Shown here piece by piece: positions 40,524 to 49,946 of a stretch of 64,000 bases of DNA (the first letter of the stretch is position 1; each line of letters begins with the position of its first letter). The DNA is taken from assembly GCA_014729775.1 (NCBI GenBank), contig WJJJ01000022.1, positions 13,313 to 77,312 on the forward strand, given 5' to 3'. This stretch comes from Candidatus Omnitrophota bacterium (GTDB lineage Bacteria; Omnitrophota; Gorgyraeia; Duberdicusellales; 4484-171). Position numbers and translations under genes: made by a program. Under the pieces are notes generated by a model. It made no database searches. It was not told the DNA's origin and saw only the letters and a program-made list of their open reading frames with translations.

Positions 40524-43500
40524 TTATCGATTAGCGGGTTCCCCGTCGTCCTCGCACGTTCCTTCCCGCTCGCACGGACGAACGGTCGCGTGACCGGCCA
40601 GCCGAAGAACGACATCATCGACGATGGCATAGATACAGGGAAGCACGACCAATGTGAGAAAGGTGGCACACACAATCCCCCACACGATTGTAAGCGCCAT
40701 CGGTTTTAAAAAAGGATCACCGCCGCCGATCCCGTACGCGGTCGGCGTCAGACCGAACGCGGTGGTAATGGTGGTCAACAGTACGGGGCGCAGACGAAGC
40801 CGGCCGGCTTCAATGATCGAATCACGCCGGTCAAACCCCTGCCGGCGCAGGTTGTTGATGAATTCGACCAATACGATCGAATCATTGACGACTATGCCCG
40901 TCAGTCCCACGATCCCCATCATCATAAAAAAACTCAACGTATATCCGTGAAAAAAGAACGCCCATACCACCCCGATTAATCCGAAGGGGATAGCCAGCAT
41001 CACCATCACCGGCTGGACCAGAGAATTAAAATTTGCCGCAAGGATAAGAAAAATAAGAAACCCGGCCAGGATAAACGCCTGGATAAAACTTCTCAGGGAA
41101 CGCACGTTTTCCTCCTGCTCCCCCGCGTATTCGATTCGGTATCCGGGATACTGCACGGGCATCTCGGAGAATTTTTCCTGGAGCTTGCGGTTGGCCTCGA
41201 AAGAGGTGATCGTTTCCGTATCTACTCCGGCCCGGACGGTAATGACCCGTTTGCCGTCTTTGTGGTTAATCCTGGCCAGCGCCACGTCTTCCTCGAGACG
41301 GGCCACCCGCGGAAGAGGAATCAGGTCGCCCTGCCGGTTCGGAATCAGGATGTGTGCGAATCCGGCTCTGGTATCGCGGTATTCGAACGGAAACCGCACC
41401 CTCACGTCAATTTCTTCCTCGGCCTTCACCGGCCGAATGGACGTAGCCACACCGCCCTTGTAGGCGGTACGGATCGAAGAAGCGACGTCACGTACGGTAA
41501 GGAACGCCCGGGCGGCCCGGTTCTTGTCCACTACGATCTTCACCTCTCCCCGGCCCAGTTCATAATCCGTCGCGATATCATGCACCCCTTCCAGAGACTG
41601 AAGATAATCTTCCACGTTTTTGGCGATTTCCTCCAGCATGGAGAATTCTTCGCCGATGATCTGCACCGCGACCGGCTTGCCCACAGGAGGCCCGGCTTGG
41701 GGTTTTTCAAAATACACTTCTTCAAAACCTTCGATCGCTTCCACCTTTGGCCGCAGCGCTTCAATGATTTCGTTCACGTCCCGTTCCCGTTCCTGATGCG
41801 GGGTCAGGTAAACCGTCACCTGCGCGATATGACTGCCTGATTTACCGTAGGGATCAAACCCCCAGGTCTCACCCAACGACCCTACCTGAGTAGTATAGGC
41901 GTCGACCTCATGTTCCGGGAGCTTCCCCACCAAAGCTTCGACCTTTTCCACCATTTCATTAGTACGGTAGAGATTGCTCCCCACCGGCATCTCGGCCCGA
42001 ATATAGAATTCTTCGATCCCTTCTTCCGACCCGAACAGCACGAAAGGCATCCGGGTCATCAGCCATATCGTGGCGCCCAGCAGGGCGAGAAACACCATCA
42101 ACGCCGTATAGCGCCGACGCAGAACCCGCCGCATCCGCCTGCTGTACCAGTCCCGGAGCCGGTTGATCCAGTGCAGTTCTTTGGAAGTTCCTTCGGAGGG
42201 AGGCATCCGCACGAAATCGGCAAAATGCGAGGGCAGAATCACAAACGCTTCGAACAGGGAACATATAAGCGCGATAATGATGACCAGCGGAATCCCCCAG
42301 ATGAATTTCCCCAGCATTCCTTCCATAAACATCAGCGGTCCGAAGGCGGCGATCGTCGTCACGATAGTGGCGGTAACCGGCTTGGCAACTTCGTTGGTGC
42401 CCGCGACCGCGGCCTCGGGCGGAGACAGCCCCCTTTCCAGATGCCGCGAACAGTTCTCGGCGACGATAATGCCGTCATCGACGAGCATTCCCAGTACGAT
42501 TATCAGTCCGAACATGGTGATCAGATTTACGCTCAGCCCCATAATGCCCATAATGGAAATGGTCGCGGCAAACGCGATGGGAAGGCTCAGCGCGGTAAGG
42601 AGCGCGATGCGGTAGTTCAGGAATACCATTAACACGCCACAGACCAGAAGAATCCCCACGATTCCGTTATTCTGCAGGACACCGAGCCGGCGTTTAATAT
42701 AGTAGGCAATATCGTTGATGTAGGAAACTTTCAGGCGTTCGTCATTCTTCCCGGTGTAATTCCCCACCCGCTCCTTTACCTCCTCGACGATCTTCACCGC
42801 GTCGCCGGTGGCGCGTTTGATCACCGTGAGATTCACCGAACGGGATCCATAACTCTTATTGATCACGTCTTCGTCTTCGAAGGTAAACCGGACGCCGGCG
42901 ACATCCCGAATCCTGAGCCAGTTCCCCGCTTCGTTGGCGCGAATTACGACGTCAGCGACCTCCTCGGCGTCATAGAATTCACCGGTGGTACGGATACTGT
43001 ATTCTTCTTTTCCTCTGATCGTTCCTCCGGGAATAGTCACGTTCCGCCGCGCCAGCGCTTCCATCACCTCTTCCATACTCACGTGTTTATCCCGCAGGAC
43101 CTCCGGATCGACTTCAACCCATACCTCCTGATCGCGCCAGCCCAGCCGGGATATGCTCGAAACTCCGGGAATGTCTTCAAGGATATCTTCAAGGCGCTCC
43201 GCGTGACCCTGGAGTTCATTTTCGCTGAGCGCACCGCTTAAGGCGACCTGGATGATGGGAATTTCGCCTGAGGTAATCTCAGTCACTATCGGCTCTTCGG
43301 CGTCCCCCGGCAGATCAGTCACCCGGTCGACCGCTTGTTTGATCTCATCGACCACTTTGTCCTTGTCTTTGACGTCCTGGGCGATATCCATCCGGACCGT
43401 GGAAAAATTGTCTCTGGACGTGGAAATCATCTCTTCGATCCCGTCGACACCCTTGAGTTCTTTTTCCAAAGGGATCGTGACCAGTTTTTCGACCTCTTTC

Positions 43501-43673
43501 GGCGGCGCGCCCGGATATGCCGTCTGCACCAGCACCACATCATAGGAAACTTCGGGGAACGCCTCCCGGCGGATCTGGTAGATAAACAGGGTATACACGC
43601 CGGCGATCAGCACAAACAGCGATATCAAATTCACCAACAGCGAATGTTTTACCGAAAATTCAGAAATCTTCAT
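40524..43673 (-). CDS. RND efflux transporter permease (HAE1/AcrB family)
   Basis: About 1050 aa with 12 TM helices and large periplasmic porter/docking domains. Start set at MKISEFSVKHSLLVN. Confidence 0.9.
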   Translation of the reverse strand: MKISEFSVKHSLLVNLISLFVLIAGVYTLFIYQIRREAFPEVSYDVVLVQTAYPGAPPKEVEKLVTIPLEKELKGVDGIEEMISTSRDNFSTVRMDIAQDVKDKDKVVDEIKQAVDRVTDLPGDAEEPIVTEITSGEIPIIQVALSGALSENELQGHAERLEDILEDIPGVSSISRLGWRDQEVWVEVDPEVLRDKHVSMEEVMEALARRNVTIPGGTIRGKEEYSIRTTGEFYDAEEVADVVIRANEAGNWLRIRDVAGVRFTFEDEDVINKSYGSRSVNLTVIKRATGDAVKIVEEVKERVGNYTGKNDERLKVSYINDIAYYIKRRLGVLQNNGIVGILLVCGVLMVFLNYRIALLTALSLPIAFAATISIMGIMGLSVNLITMFGLIIVLGMLVDDGIIVAENCSRHLERGLSPPEAAVAGTNEVAKPVTATIVTTIAAFGPLMFMEGMLGKFIWGIPLVIIIALICSLFEAFVILPSHFADFVRMPPSEGTSKELHWINRLRDWYSRRMRRVLRRRYTALMVFLALLGATIWLMTRMPFVLFGSEEGIEEFYIRAEMPVGSNLYRTNEMVEKVEALVGKLPEHEVDAYTTQVGSLGETWGFDPYGKSGSHIAQVTVYLTPHQERERDVNEIIEALRPKVEAIEGFEEVYFEKPQAGPPVGKPVAVQIIGEEFSMLEEIAKNVEDYLQSLEGVHDIATDYELGRGEVKIVVDKNRAARAFLTVRDVASSIRTAYKGGVATSIRPVKAEEEIDVRVRFPFEYRDTRAGFAHILIPNRQGDLIPLPRVARLEEDVALARINHKDGKRVITVRAGVDTETITSFEANRKLQEKFSEMPVQYPGYRIEYAGEQEENVRSLRSFIQAFILAGFLIFLILAANFNSLVQPVMVMLAIPFGLIGVVWAFFFHGYTLSFFMMMGIVGLTGIVVNDSIVLVEFINNLRRQGFDRRDSIIEAGRLRLRPVLLTTITTAFGLTPTAYGIGGGDPFLKPMALTIVWGIVCATFLTLVVLPCIYAIVDDVVLRLAGHATVRPCEREGTCEDDGEPANR

Positions 43674-45192
43674 ATAGTTCCCGTTGTGTACGCGCATCCC
43701 AATAGCGGGATAACAGCGCGTTTTTGGCCCGGCCCAGGTCGATCCGGCTCAGCCGGTAGGCGTACCACGCCCGGACCTGCTCAAGCCGCGCGTTGAGCAC
43801 GTCCTCCTGATAGCGGATTATCCGGTCACTGCTGGAGAGCCCGTCGCGGAACCGTTTCTGTTCCGCTTTCAGTTTTTCCGTTTGCAATTCCACCAGCCGC
43901 CGCGCCAGCTTCACCCGTTCCGCGTGCGCGTTGACCTGCGCCGCCAGCGTGTGCAGTTCACGGAAAATCTCCCGCTCCACCCGTTTTACGAAAAGAATGT
44001 GTTTTTGTTTCAGCGCTTCCGCCTCCGCGTATTCAGCCTCCGCTTTGGTGTTTTCCAGGGGGAACCGGATCGTAACCCCGAAAAACACCGATGAGTTATG
44101 CTCGTCACGCACCCCTTCCCAGGCCTCCCCGAAGCGGTCGCTGAGTCCGTTTTTGGCGTATGTCGCTTCAAGATCAATCTGCGGCCACAGCGAATTTTTT
44201 TTCATCGCCAGATAAATATTCTGCGAATCCAACGCGGTCCTCGCCCGCTGATAATCCCGGCGCCGAGAAACCGCCTCACGCAACTCCTCCTCCAGCGACA
44301 CCGTCTCCGGTCCGACGCGCAGTTCGTCCTGCGCGGAAACTCTCCGCTGAAAATCATCTTCATTTAATAAAAACAACAATTGGTTCTTCGCGGTTTCCCG
44401 TTCCAGGCGCGCGATGATCGCTTCTGTTTCCCTCGCCTTGACGTTCGCTTGGTGGGCAAACACTTCCGAGGGAATCGCCGTGCCCAATGCCTGTTTCTGC
44501 TCGTAGGTCCGTTGGAGCGCCCGCGCGTCGGCCAGCAATTCTTCCCGTACTTTCAGTTCTTCTTCCTGCAGAGCGAGGGTCCAGTAGGCTTCCTGCGCCT
44601 CGGCCAGAACCTGTTCAATTTCATCCAGCGACAGCCACCGGGCGCCCTCTACCGCAAGCGCGGCCCGGCGAACACCGTACCTGTCCAGAATACCGAAGAA
44701 ATTTTTCCCGATCGGCTGCACCAGACTGACCGCGACCTGCCCCTCATGGGCGGGATTCGTCGTGGAAAACGCGGAATCAGTCCAGTCCCGCGCATGCTGT
44801 CCTTCCACCGAAAGAGTGGTCCCCGTAGGCAGTGTTTTCTCCAACGAGGCCGAATACAGATTGGTGAGTTTCCTTGTCCCCAGAATGATACTGGCCGGTT
44901 TGGTCTGATCATCGGTATACCCGGCATGAAGCGCGAAATAGGTATCGAACAAAGACCGCTCCTTCGGCAGTTCCGTGCGTCCGGCGGCGTATTCATACAA
45001 AGCGATTTGCACATCAAGCGAATTCCTCAACACCAAACGGCTGATTTCCTCCAAGGAATATTTTTCCGCCCTCGTCCCCGAAAACGACTTCGAATCGGCG
45101 GCGGATACGTCCACTCCGGCGCATACCGGCACCGCCAGCATACCCCACAGGACCGCCTTTAAAAAAAGAGTGACTCTTTTACGCATTTTCAC
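43660..45192 (-). CDS. TolC-family outer membrane efflux protein
   Basis: 510 aa with signal peptide and tandem OEP repeats containing coiled-coil segments. Confidence 0.8.
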   Translation of the reverse strand: MKMRKRVTLFLKAVLWGMLAVPVCAGVDVSAADSKSFSGTRAEKYSLEEISRLVLRNSLDVQIALYEYAAGRTELPKERSLFDTYFALHAGYTDDQTKPASIILGTRKLTNLYSASLEKTLPTGTTLSVEGQHARDWTDSAFSTTNPAHEGQVAVSLVQPIGKNFFGILDRYGVRRAALAVEGARWLSLDEIEQVLAEAQEAYWTLALQEEELKVREELLADARALQRTYEQKQALGTAIPSEVFAHQANVKARETEAIIARLERETAKNQLLFLLNEDDFQRRVSAQDELRVGPETVSLEEELREAVSRRRDYQRARTALDSQNIYLAMKKNSLWPQIDLEATYAKNGLSDRFGEAWEGVRDEHNSSVFFGVTIRFPLENTKAEAEYAEAEALKQKHILFVKRVEREIFRELHTLAAQVNAHAERVKLARRLVELQTEKLKAEQKRFRDGLSSSDRIIRYQEDVLNARLEQVRAWYAYRLSRIDLGRAKNALLSRYWDARTQRELYEDF

Positions 45193-45616
45193 GGCCGGTC
45201 ATGTTTTTTAATATTTTCCTGAGGATACGCAAATACTCTTCCTGCTCGGCCCGGCTCAAACAGTCTAAGATTGTTTCCCACCTCTGCTGGATCGTCTTAC
45301 GGAACCGCTCGATGAATTCGGTGCCTTTACGGCTCAGCACCACATACACCACGCGCCGGTCCTGCTGATCTCTTTCCCGCCGCAGATACCCTTTCCGCGT
45401 AAGGCGGTCGACCACTCCCGATACCGTCGGCGCGGAAACCTGAAAATTTTCAGCGATATCGGTAAGTTTCGGCCGGTCGCTTTCCGAAATATACATCAGG
45501 GTGACAATCTGCCGGTTGGTAAGCTCCTCTATTTCAAAAAAGTTCTGGCGGATACTGACCACCAGCTTCGGGATCAACAGAGAAACTTCCCGGGCGATTT
45601 TACGCGCGTGCGTCAT
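45179..45616 (-). CDS. MarR-family transcriptional regulator
   Basis: Winged-HTH MarR pattern (LTNRQIVTLMYI...LTDIAENFQVSAPTVSGVVDRLTRKGYLRRERDQQDRR). Start set at the ATG at 45616. Confidence 0.85.
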   Translation of the reverse strand: MTHARKIAREVSLLIPKLVVSIRQNFFEIEELTNRQIVTLMYISESDRPKLTDIAENFQVSAPTVSGVVDRLTRKGYLRRERDQQDRRVVYVVLSRKGTEFIERFRKTIQQRWETILDCLSRAEQEEYLRILRKILKNMTGRENA

Positions 45617-45641
45617 ATACACACCCCCTACAAATTAATAT

Positions 45642-45656
45642 GGCTAATCTTTAGCC
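45642..45656. promoter_or_regulatory. Candidate MarR operator: inverted repeat GGCTAA-TCT-TTAGCC, nested in TTAATAT...ATATTAA
   Basis: Perfect 6-bp arms with a 3-nt spacer, 26-40 bp upstream of the MarR start and embedded in AT-rich promoter-like sequence. Confidence 0.3.
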
Positions 45657-45709
45657 TAGCTAAATATTAACATAAGAAAACTCCTTCGTCAAGGCCCCGG
45701 CGCCTCTTT

Positions 45710-48700
45710 CTATTCCTTTTTTTCCTGTTTTTTCTCTTCTTCGATGATTTTCGCGGCAAGTTCGGAAGGAACCGGCTCATAGCGGCAGAAATGCATGGAA
45801 AACGTGGCCCGCCCGCTGCTCAGCGAACGGAAGGTCTGGGAATAGCCGAACATCTCGCCCAGCGGCGCCTCGGCTAAAATAAGTTTCTGCTTGCCCTTTT
45901 CTTCGATATTCAAAATTTTCCCGCGCCGGGAACAGATATTCCCCACGAGATTACTCACGTATTCTTCCGGCGCCATGACCTCCAGGGACATATACGGCTC
46001 CAGAAGAACCGGCTTCCCCTTCATGAACGCTTCCTTAAAACAGCCGATCGCGGCCATCTGAAACGCCAGATCGGAAGAATCAACCTCGTGATAGGACCCG
46101 TCCAGAAGCGTGACGTTGATATCCACTACCGGATACCCGGCGTACACCCCGCGCTTCATGATCGTACGCACCCCTTTCTCCACGGACGGGATATATCCTT
46201 GCGGAATGGCCCCTCCTTTTATTTTATTGTCGAAAGAGAAATCCTGTCCCCGTTCCGCCGGAGCAATACTCATGATCACATGGCCGTACTGGCCGTGTCC
46301 GCCGGTCTGCTTGACGTGCTTATATTCTCCTTCCACCTCTTCGGTGAGCGTTTCCCGGTAGGCCACTTTGGGCGGACTGACTTCGGCGTTCACCTTAAAT
46401 TCCTCTTTCAGCCGTTCCACGATTATTTCCAGATGCAATTCTCCCATTCCGGAGAGAAGGATCTCTTTCGTTTCTTTGTTGGTTTCCACGGAAAAGGTGG
46501 GGTCCTCTTCCACCAATTTCATGATTGCCTTGTTCAATTTATCCTGGTCCTGACGGGATTTCGGTTTAATACTAATCGACATCACCGGCTCCGGAAATTC
46601 CATCGTTTCCAGCAGCAGCGGACGTTCGCCGGCGCACAGCGTATCGCCGGTCACCGTTTGAGAAAACCCGATCGCCGCGGCGATATCACCGGCGTACACC
46701 CGTTTCCGGTTTTCCTTCTGATTGGCGTGCAGCTGAACAATTCTGCCCACCCGTTCCTTTCTCCCTTTATTCACGTTCATCACGTACGTCCCCGACTCGA
46801 TATATCCCGAATATACTCTGAAATACACCAGTTTCCCCACATGCGGATCCGACTGAACCTTAAAGGCGAACCCGGCAAAAGGCTCCTCCAGCGACGGAGA
46901 GACGGTAATGCTCTTCTCTTCGTCGGAAGGGTCCGTTCCCAGCACCGGAGGCAGGTCAACCGGTGCCGGCAAAAACAGATTCACCGCGTCCAGAAGCTGC
47001 TGCACGCCTTTGTTTTTTAACGCCGAACCACACAGCACCGGCACCAGCTTATTGACCACGGTCCCGCTGCGGATCGCGCCACGCAGTTCATCCTCGCTTA
47101 ACGAGTTTTCATTTTCCAAATATTTCTCCATGAGCTTTTCGTCGGTCGCGGCCGCGCGTTCCGCGAGCAGATGACGATACTCCTGTGCTTTCTCTTTATA
47201 TTCCTCCGGGATTTCAGCCTTCTTGACCTTTTTCCCGTCGGATCCGTCCTCAAAGATACAGGCCTGCATTGAAATCAAATCGATGATCCCGTGGAACTCA
47301 CTCTCGGCGCCGATGGGTATCTGCAGAGGAACGATCGCGATGCTGAATTTTGTTTCGATATCCTTCAACACCCCGTAAAAATTCGCGCCCAGCCGGTCCA
47401 TCTTATTGATGAACGCGATCTTAGGCACGTGATATTTATTTGATTGATGCCACACGGTTTCCGACTGGGCCTCTACCCCGCCCACGGCGCAAAACACCAT
47501 CACCGCGCCGTCAAGGACCCGCAGCGATCGTTCAACCTCAGCGGTGAAATCTACGTGGCCAGGCGTATCAATAATATTGATCCGTACGTCATCCCAAAAG
47601 CAGGTGGTCGCCGCCGAAGTAATCGTAATCCCCCGTTCCTGCTCCTGTTTCATCCAGTCCATTTGCGCCTGTCCGTCGTGCACCTCGCCGATCTTATGCG
47701 ATTTTCCCGTATAATACAACACCCGTTCGGTCAAGGTCGTCTTCCCGGCGTCGATATGTGCCATGATCCCGATATTCCGGACCTTGTGCAGATTCTTGGC
47801 GACTTCATCCAGCTCCTTTTTCAGTTCCGGATCGATCTCTTTTCGCTGATCCGCCCCTTCGCTCATGGCCTTTGCCGCAGGCGCCTTGCTCTCCTCCTCA
47901 GATTCATCCGGGACTTCTGTTCCCCCTTCTTCTTTTTCCGGCTCATCAGATCCCTTGCGGACTTTCCCTTCGGCTCCTTCCCGGGATTCTTCCCCTTCCG
48001 AAGACGAGGGAGCCTTTTCCGCGGCACCCTGCGCTTCCTGTTCTTCTTCTGCATCCGTCCCGCCGTCCTCTTCCGGCACGGAAGCCCGGGCCTCATTTGG
48101 TATTGCCTCAGCTTGAGCTTTCCCCGAAGCTCCTGCCGGTGCGGGCTCCGCTGGGACCTCGGCATCCTCCGCTCCGGCTGAATCGGCTTTTTCCTCTTCC
48201 GCGGCGTCGACACTGCCGGAATCCGCACCCGGTTCTTCATCGGCCTTTTCTTGCCGGACAGCGTCCGCCGCAGGCGCTTTGTCTTCTGCGTCGTCGCCGG
48301 AAGCCTCATTCCCCGCAGCTACGGTCTCGGTTTCCGGCGGTTTTTCGCCCGCCGCAGAATCACCGCCGCCATCGCCCTCGGCGCTCTCCACGGTTTCTCT
48401 CCCGGCGTCTGCTCCTTCCTCTCCCAACAGCCGCGCTAAATGCTCCTTCTGCCTCTTATACTGTCGCATCTGCTCGTCGCGTTCCAGGTACAGCTTCTGC
48501 TTGAGCTCGTGATCTTTTTCTAATTTTTCATATTCCTGCCGCAGGCTCTCGTACTGCTCTTTTATTTTTTCGAATTCCGCTTTGGATACCCATTCACTCT
48601 GCTCCAGCTTCCGCTGAAGCTGATTTGATTTCATTCGCAGCGCCTTGATCTCGCTGGTATTGGATTCGAGCGTGCTTTTAATCTCCCGAAGTTCATCGTC

Positions 48701-49165
48701 ACGCTCTTTCACCTCCTCGTCCAGCTGCGCGATACGCTTTTCGGCGTCGTCCAAAGACCGCTGAAGATTGACCTTTTTGGAAAATTCCTTTTCCAGCTCC
48801 TTTTCTTTTTTCAGAAATTTTTCTTTTAATTGCCGATTCTCTTCGACCATTTTTTCCATCTTTTCATGCTCGTGCGCATCCCATTTTTTCTGCCGGTCAA
48901 GCTCCTCCGCGAGATCCTTCTTTTTTTCGCGCAGCTGCTCCTGTTCCTTCTGCGCGGAGGAAAGCTTCCTTTTCATCTCCTCGTTCTTTTGCTTCAGCTC
49001 CACCCCTTCTTCCTTGAAAAACTCGGCGCGGCGGCGCTGCTCCTCAACCAACGCCTTATAATTCTCCCTCTGCTCCCGTTTCTTGCGTTCTTCAGGACTG
49101 TAGAACAGGTAATATACCAGTCCAAGCGCACCGACCATTAAAATGATGAATATCAGTTGCATCAC
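45710..49165 (-). CDS. Membrane-anchored coiled-coil / acidic-linker / EF-G fusion protein (EF-G paralog with a ~450-aa N-terminal extension)
   Basis: Single 1151-aa ORF. Residues 1-22 form a TM helix ([22 protein letters not shown]). Residues ~25-250 are K/E-rich heptad coiled coil. Residues ~250-450 are D/E/A/G-rich low complexity. A complete EF-G follows ([63 protein letters not shown]...DTPGHVDF...NKMD... through domain V), about 85% identical to fusA in the G domain. Confidence 0.8.
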   Translation of the reverse strand: MMQLIFIILMVGALGLVYYLFYSPEERKKREQRENYKALVEEQRRRAEFFKEEGVELKQKNEEMKRKLSSAQKEQEQLREKKKDLAEELDRQKKWDAHEHEKMEKMVEENRQLKEKFLKKEKELEKEFSKKVNLQRSLDDAEKRIAQLDEEVKERDDELREIKSTLESNTSEIKALRMKSNQLQRKLEQSEWVSKAEFEKIKEQYESLRQEYEKLEKDHELKQKLYLERDEQMRQYKRQKEHLARLLGEEGADAGRETVESAEGDGGGDSAAGEKPPETETVAAGNEASGDDAEDKAPAADAVRQEKADEEPGADSGSVDAAEEEKADSAGAEDAEVPAEPAPAGASGKAQAEAIPNEARASVPEEDGGTDAEEEQEAQGAAEKAPSSSEGEESREGAEGKVRKGSDEPEKEEGGTEVPDESEEESKAPAAKAMSEGADQRKEIDPELKKELDEVAKNLHKVRNIGIMAHIDAGKTTLTERVLYYTGKSHKIGEVHDGQAQMDWMKQEQERGITITSAATTCFWDDVRINIIDTPGHVDFTAEVERSLRVLDGAVMVFCAVGGVEAQSETVWHQSNKYHVPKIAFINKMDRLGANFYGVLKDIETKFSIAIVPLQIPIGAESEFHGIIDLISMQACIFEDGSDGKKVKKAEIPEEYKEKAQEYRHLLAERAAATDEKLMEKYLENENSLSEDELRGAIRSGTVVNKLVPVLCGSALKNKGVQQLLDAVNLFLPAPVDLPPVLGTDPSDEEKSITVSPSLEEPFAGFAFKVQSDPHVGKLVYFRVYSGYIESGTYVMNVNKGRKERVGRIVQLHANQKENRKRVYAGDIAAAIGFSQTVTGDTLCAGERPLLLETMEFPEPVMSISIKPKSRQDQDKLNKAIMKLVEEDPTFSVETNKETKEILLSGMGELHLEIIVERLKEEFKVNAEVSPPKVAYRETLTEEVEGEYKHVKQTGGHGQYGHVIMSIAPAERGQDFSFDNKIKGGAIPQGYIPSVEKGVRTIMKRGVYAGYPVVDINVTLLDGSYHEVDSSDLAFQMAAIGCFKEAFMKGKPVLLEPYMSLEVMAPEEYVSNLVGNICSRRGKILNIEEKGKQKLILAEAPLGEMFGYSQTFRSLSSGRATFSMHFCRYEPVPSELAAKIIEEEKKQEKKE

Positions 49166-49185
49166 GGCTTTTTTCTCCTCATTCT

Positions 49186-49220
49186 CCCCATTTGTCCACC
49201 CCGGGGGTGGACAAATGGGG
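49186..49220. repeat. REP-like 35-nt perfect palindrome (CCCCATTTGTCCACCCC-G-GGGGTGGACAAATGGGG)
   Basis: Seen directly in the sequence. Lies between the EF-G-fusion start and the RAYT stop. Confidence 0.6.
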
Positions 49221-49227
49221 GCTCAGC

Positions 49228-49872
49228 TCATTCATACAGAAGGTGCTTGATCCGCGCCAGTTTCCGCTGGTCATCGATCCGCTCCTCGGTAAAGCGCCGG
49301 TACTGCGCGGGTAAGATCTCCAGGTATTCGTCTTTGGCGCATATGTGCGTTTCAGACGCACCCTGCCCCAAATATTCCCGGTAGGACGAATATTCCCAGT
49401 CCTGCGGTCTCTCGACTAGCCCGGCGGTCACCGGATTCAGGTGCAGATACCGGGTCAAATGCAGCAGCTGCTCATCCGTTTCCACCCGCACGTTCTTGAA
49501 CCGGCCTTCCCATAACGGTCCTCTGCGGGAATGGGCGGTATTGAAATAGCGCGCGTAACTATTGGCGATATTGTTCATGAACAGAGAGATCCCGTCTTCG
49601 GCCCGCTGCGCGAGCACCAAATGAATATGGGTCGGCATCAGGCAATAGGCCACGACCGCGACGCCCTCCTTCTCTACGGACCGGCGCGGCGGACGATGCT
49701 TGCGCTGTACGAACCGGGAGAACTTCTCGCGCGGATCTGTCTGCCGGTAGTAGGTGATCGCGTCGATCATCCGGCCGTATTCGCCGGCGGTGGTAAAAAT
49801 CTCATACCCGGCAATACTCTTATTAAATACGTGATAGAGGTGACCGCTGACCAGCGGACAGGGACGCTTCAT
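49228..49872 (-). CDS. IS200/IS605-like Y1 (HUH) transposase of the REP-associated tyrosine transposase (RAYT) type
   Basis: 214 aa with HUH motif THIHLVL and a C-terminal Tyr region (WEYSSYREY). Flanked on both sides by inverted copies of the same palindrome. Confidence 0.8.
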   Translation of the reverse strand: MKRPCPLVSGHLYHVFNKSIAGYEIFTTAGEYGRMIDAITYYRQTDPREKFSRFVQRKHRPPRRSVEKEGVAVVAYCLMPTHIHLVLAQRAEDGISLFMNNIANSYARYFNTAHSRRGPLWEGRFKNVRVETDEQLLHLTRYLHLNPVTAGLVERPQDWEYSSYREYLGQGASETHICAKDEYLEILPAQYRRFTEERIDDQRKLARIKHLLYE

Positions 49873-49899
49873 AGTTCAAGTATACCCTATCGGGCCTGA

Positions 49900-49930
49900 A
49901 TTTGTCCACCCCCGGGGTGGACAAATGGGG
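49900..49930. repeat. Second REP-like palindrome (ATTTGTCCACCCC-C-GGGGTGGACAAATGGGG), inverted relative to the first
   Basis: Same arms as the 49186..49220 copy but with the complementary centre nucleotide and without the outer CCCC on the left arm. Confidence 0.6.
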
Positions 49931-49946
49931 GGAAAAGTGAAAGGGT

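Larger units (their letters stand above)
49186..49930 (-). mobile_element. REP-RAYT unit (IS200-like transposase bracketed by inverted palindromic REPs)
   Basis: Palindrome - tnpA-like gene - palindrome architecture. Lies in the intergenic gap between the giant beta-helix gene and the EF-G-fusion gene. Confidence 0.6.

Noticed and set aside
47863-48512. Several overlapping ORFs on both strands inside the EF-G-fusion gene
   Set aside because: They are shadow ORFs in the GC-rich, stop-poor acidic low-complexity linker. The long continuous frame joining the TM helix, coiled coil and EF-G is the parsimonious call.
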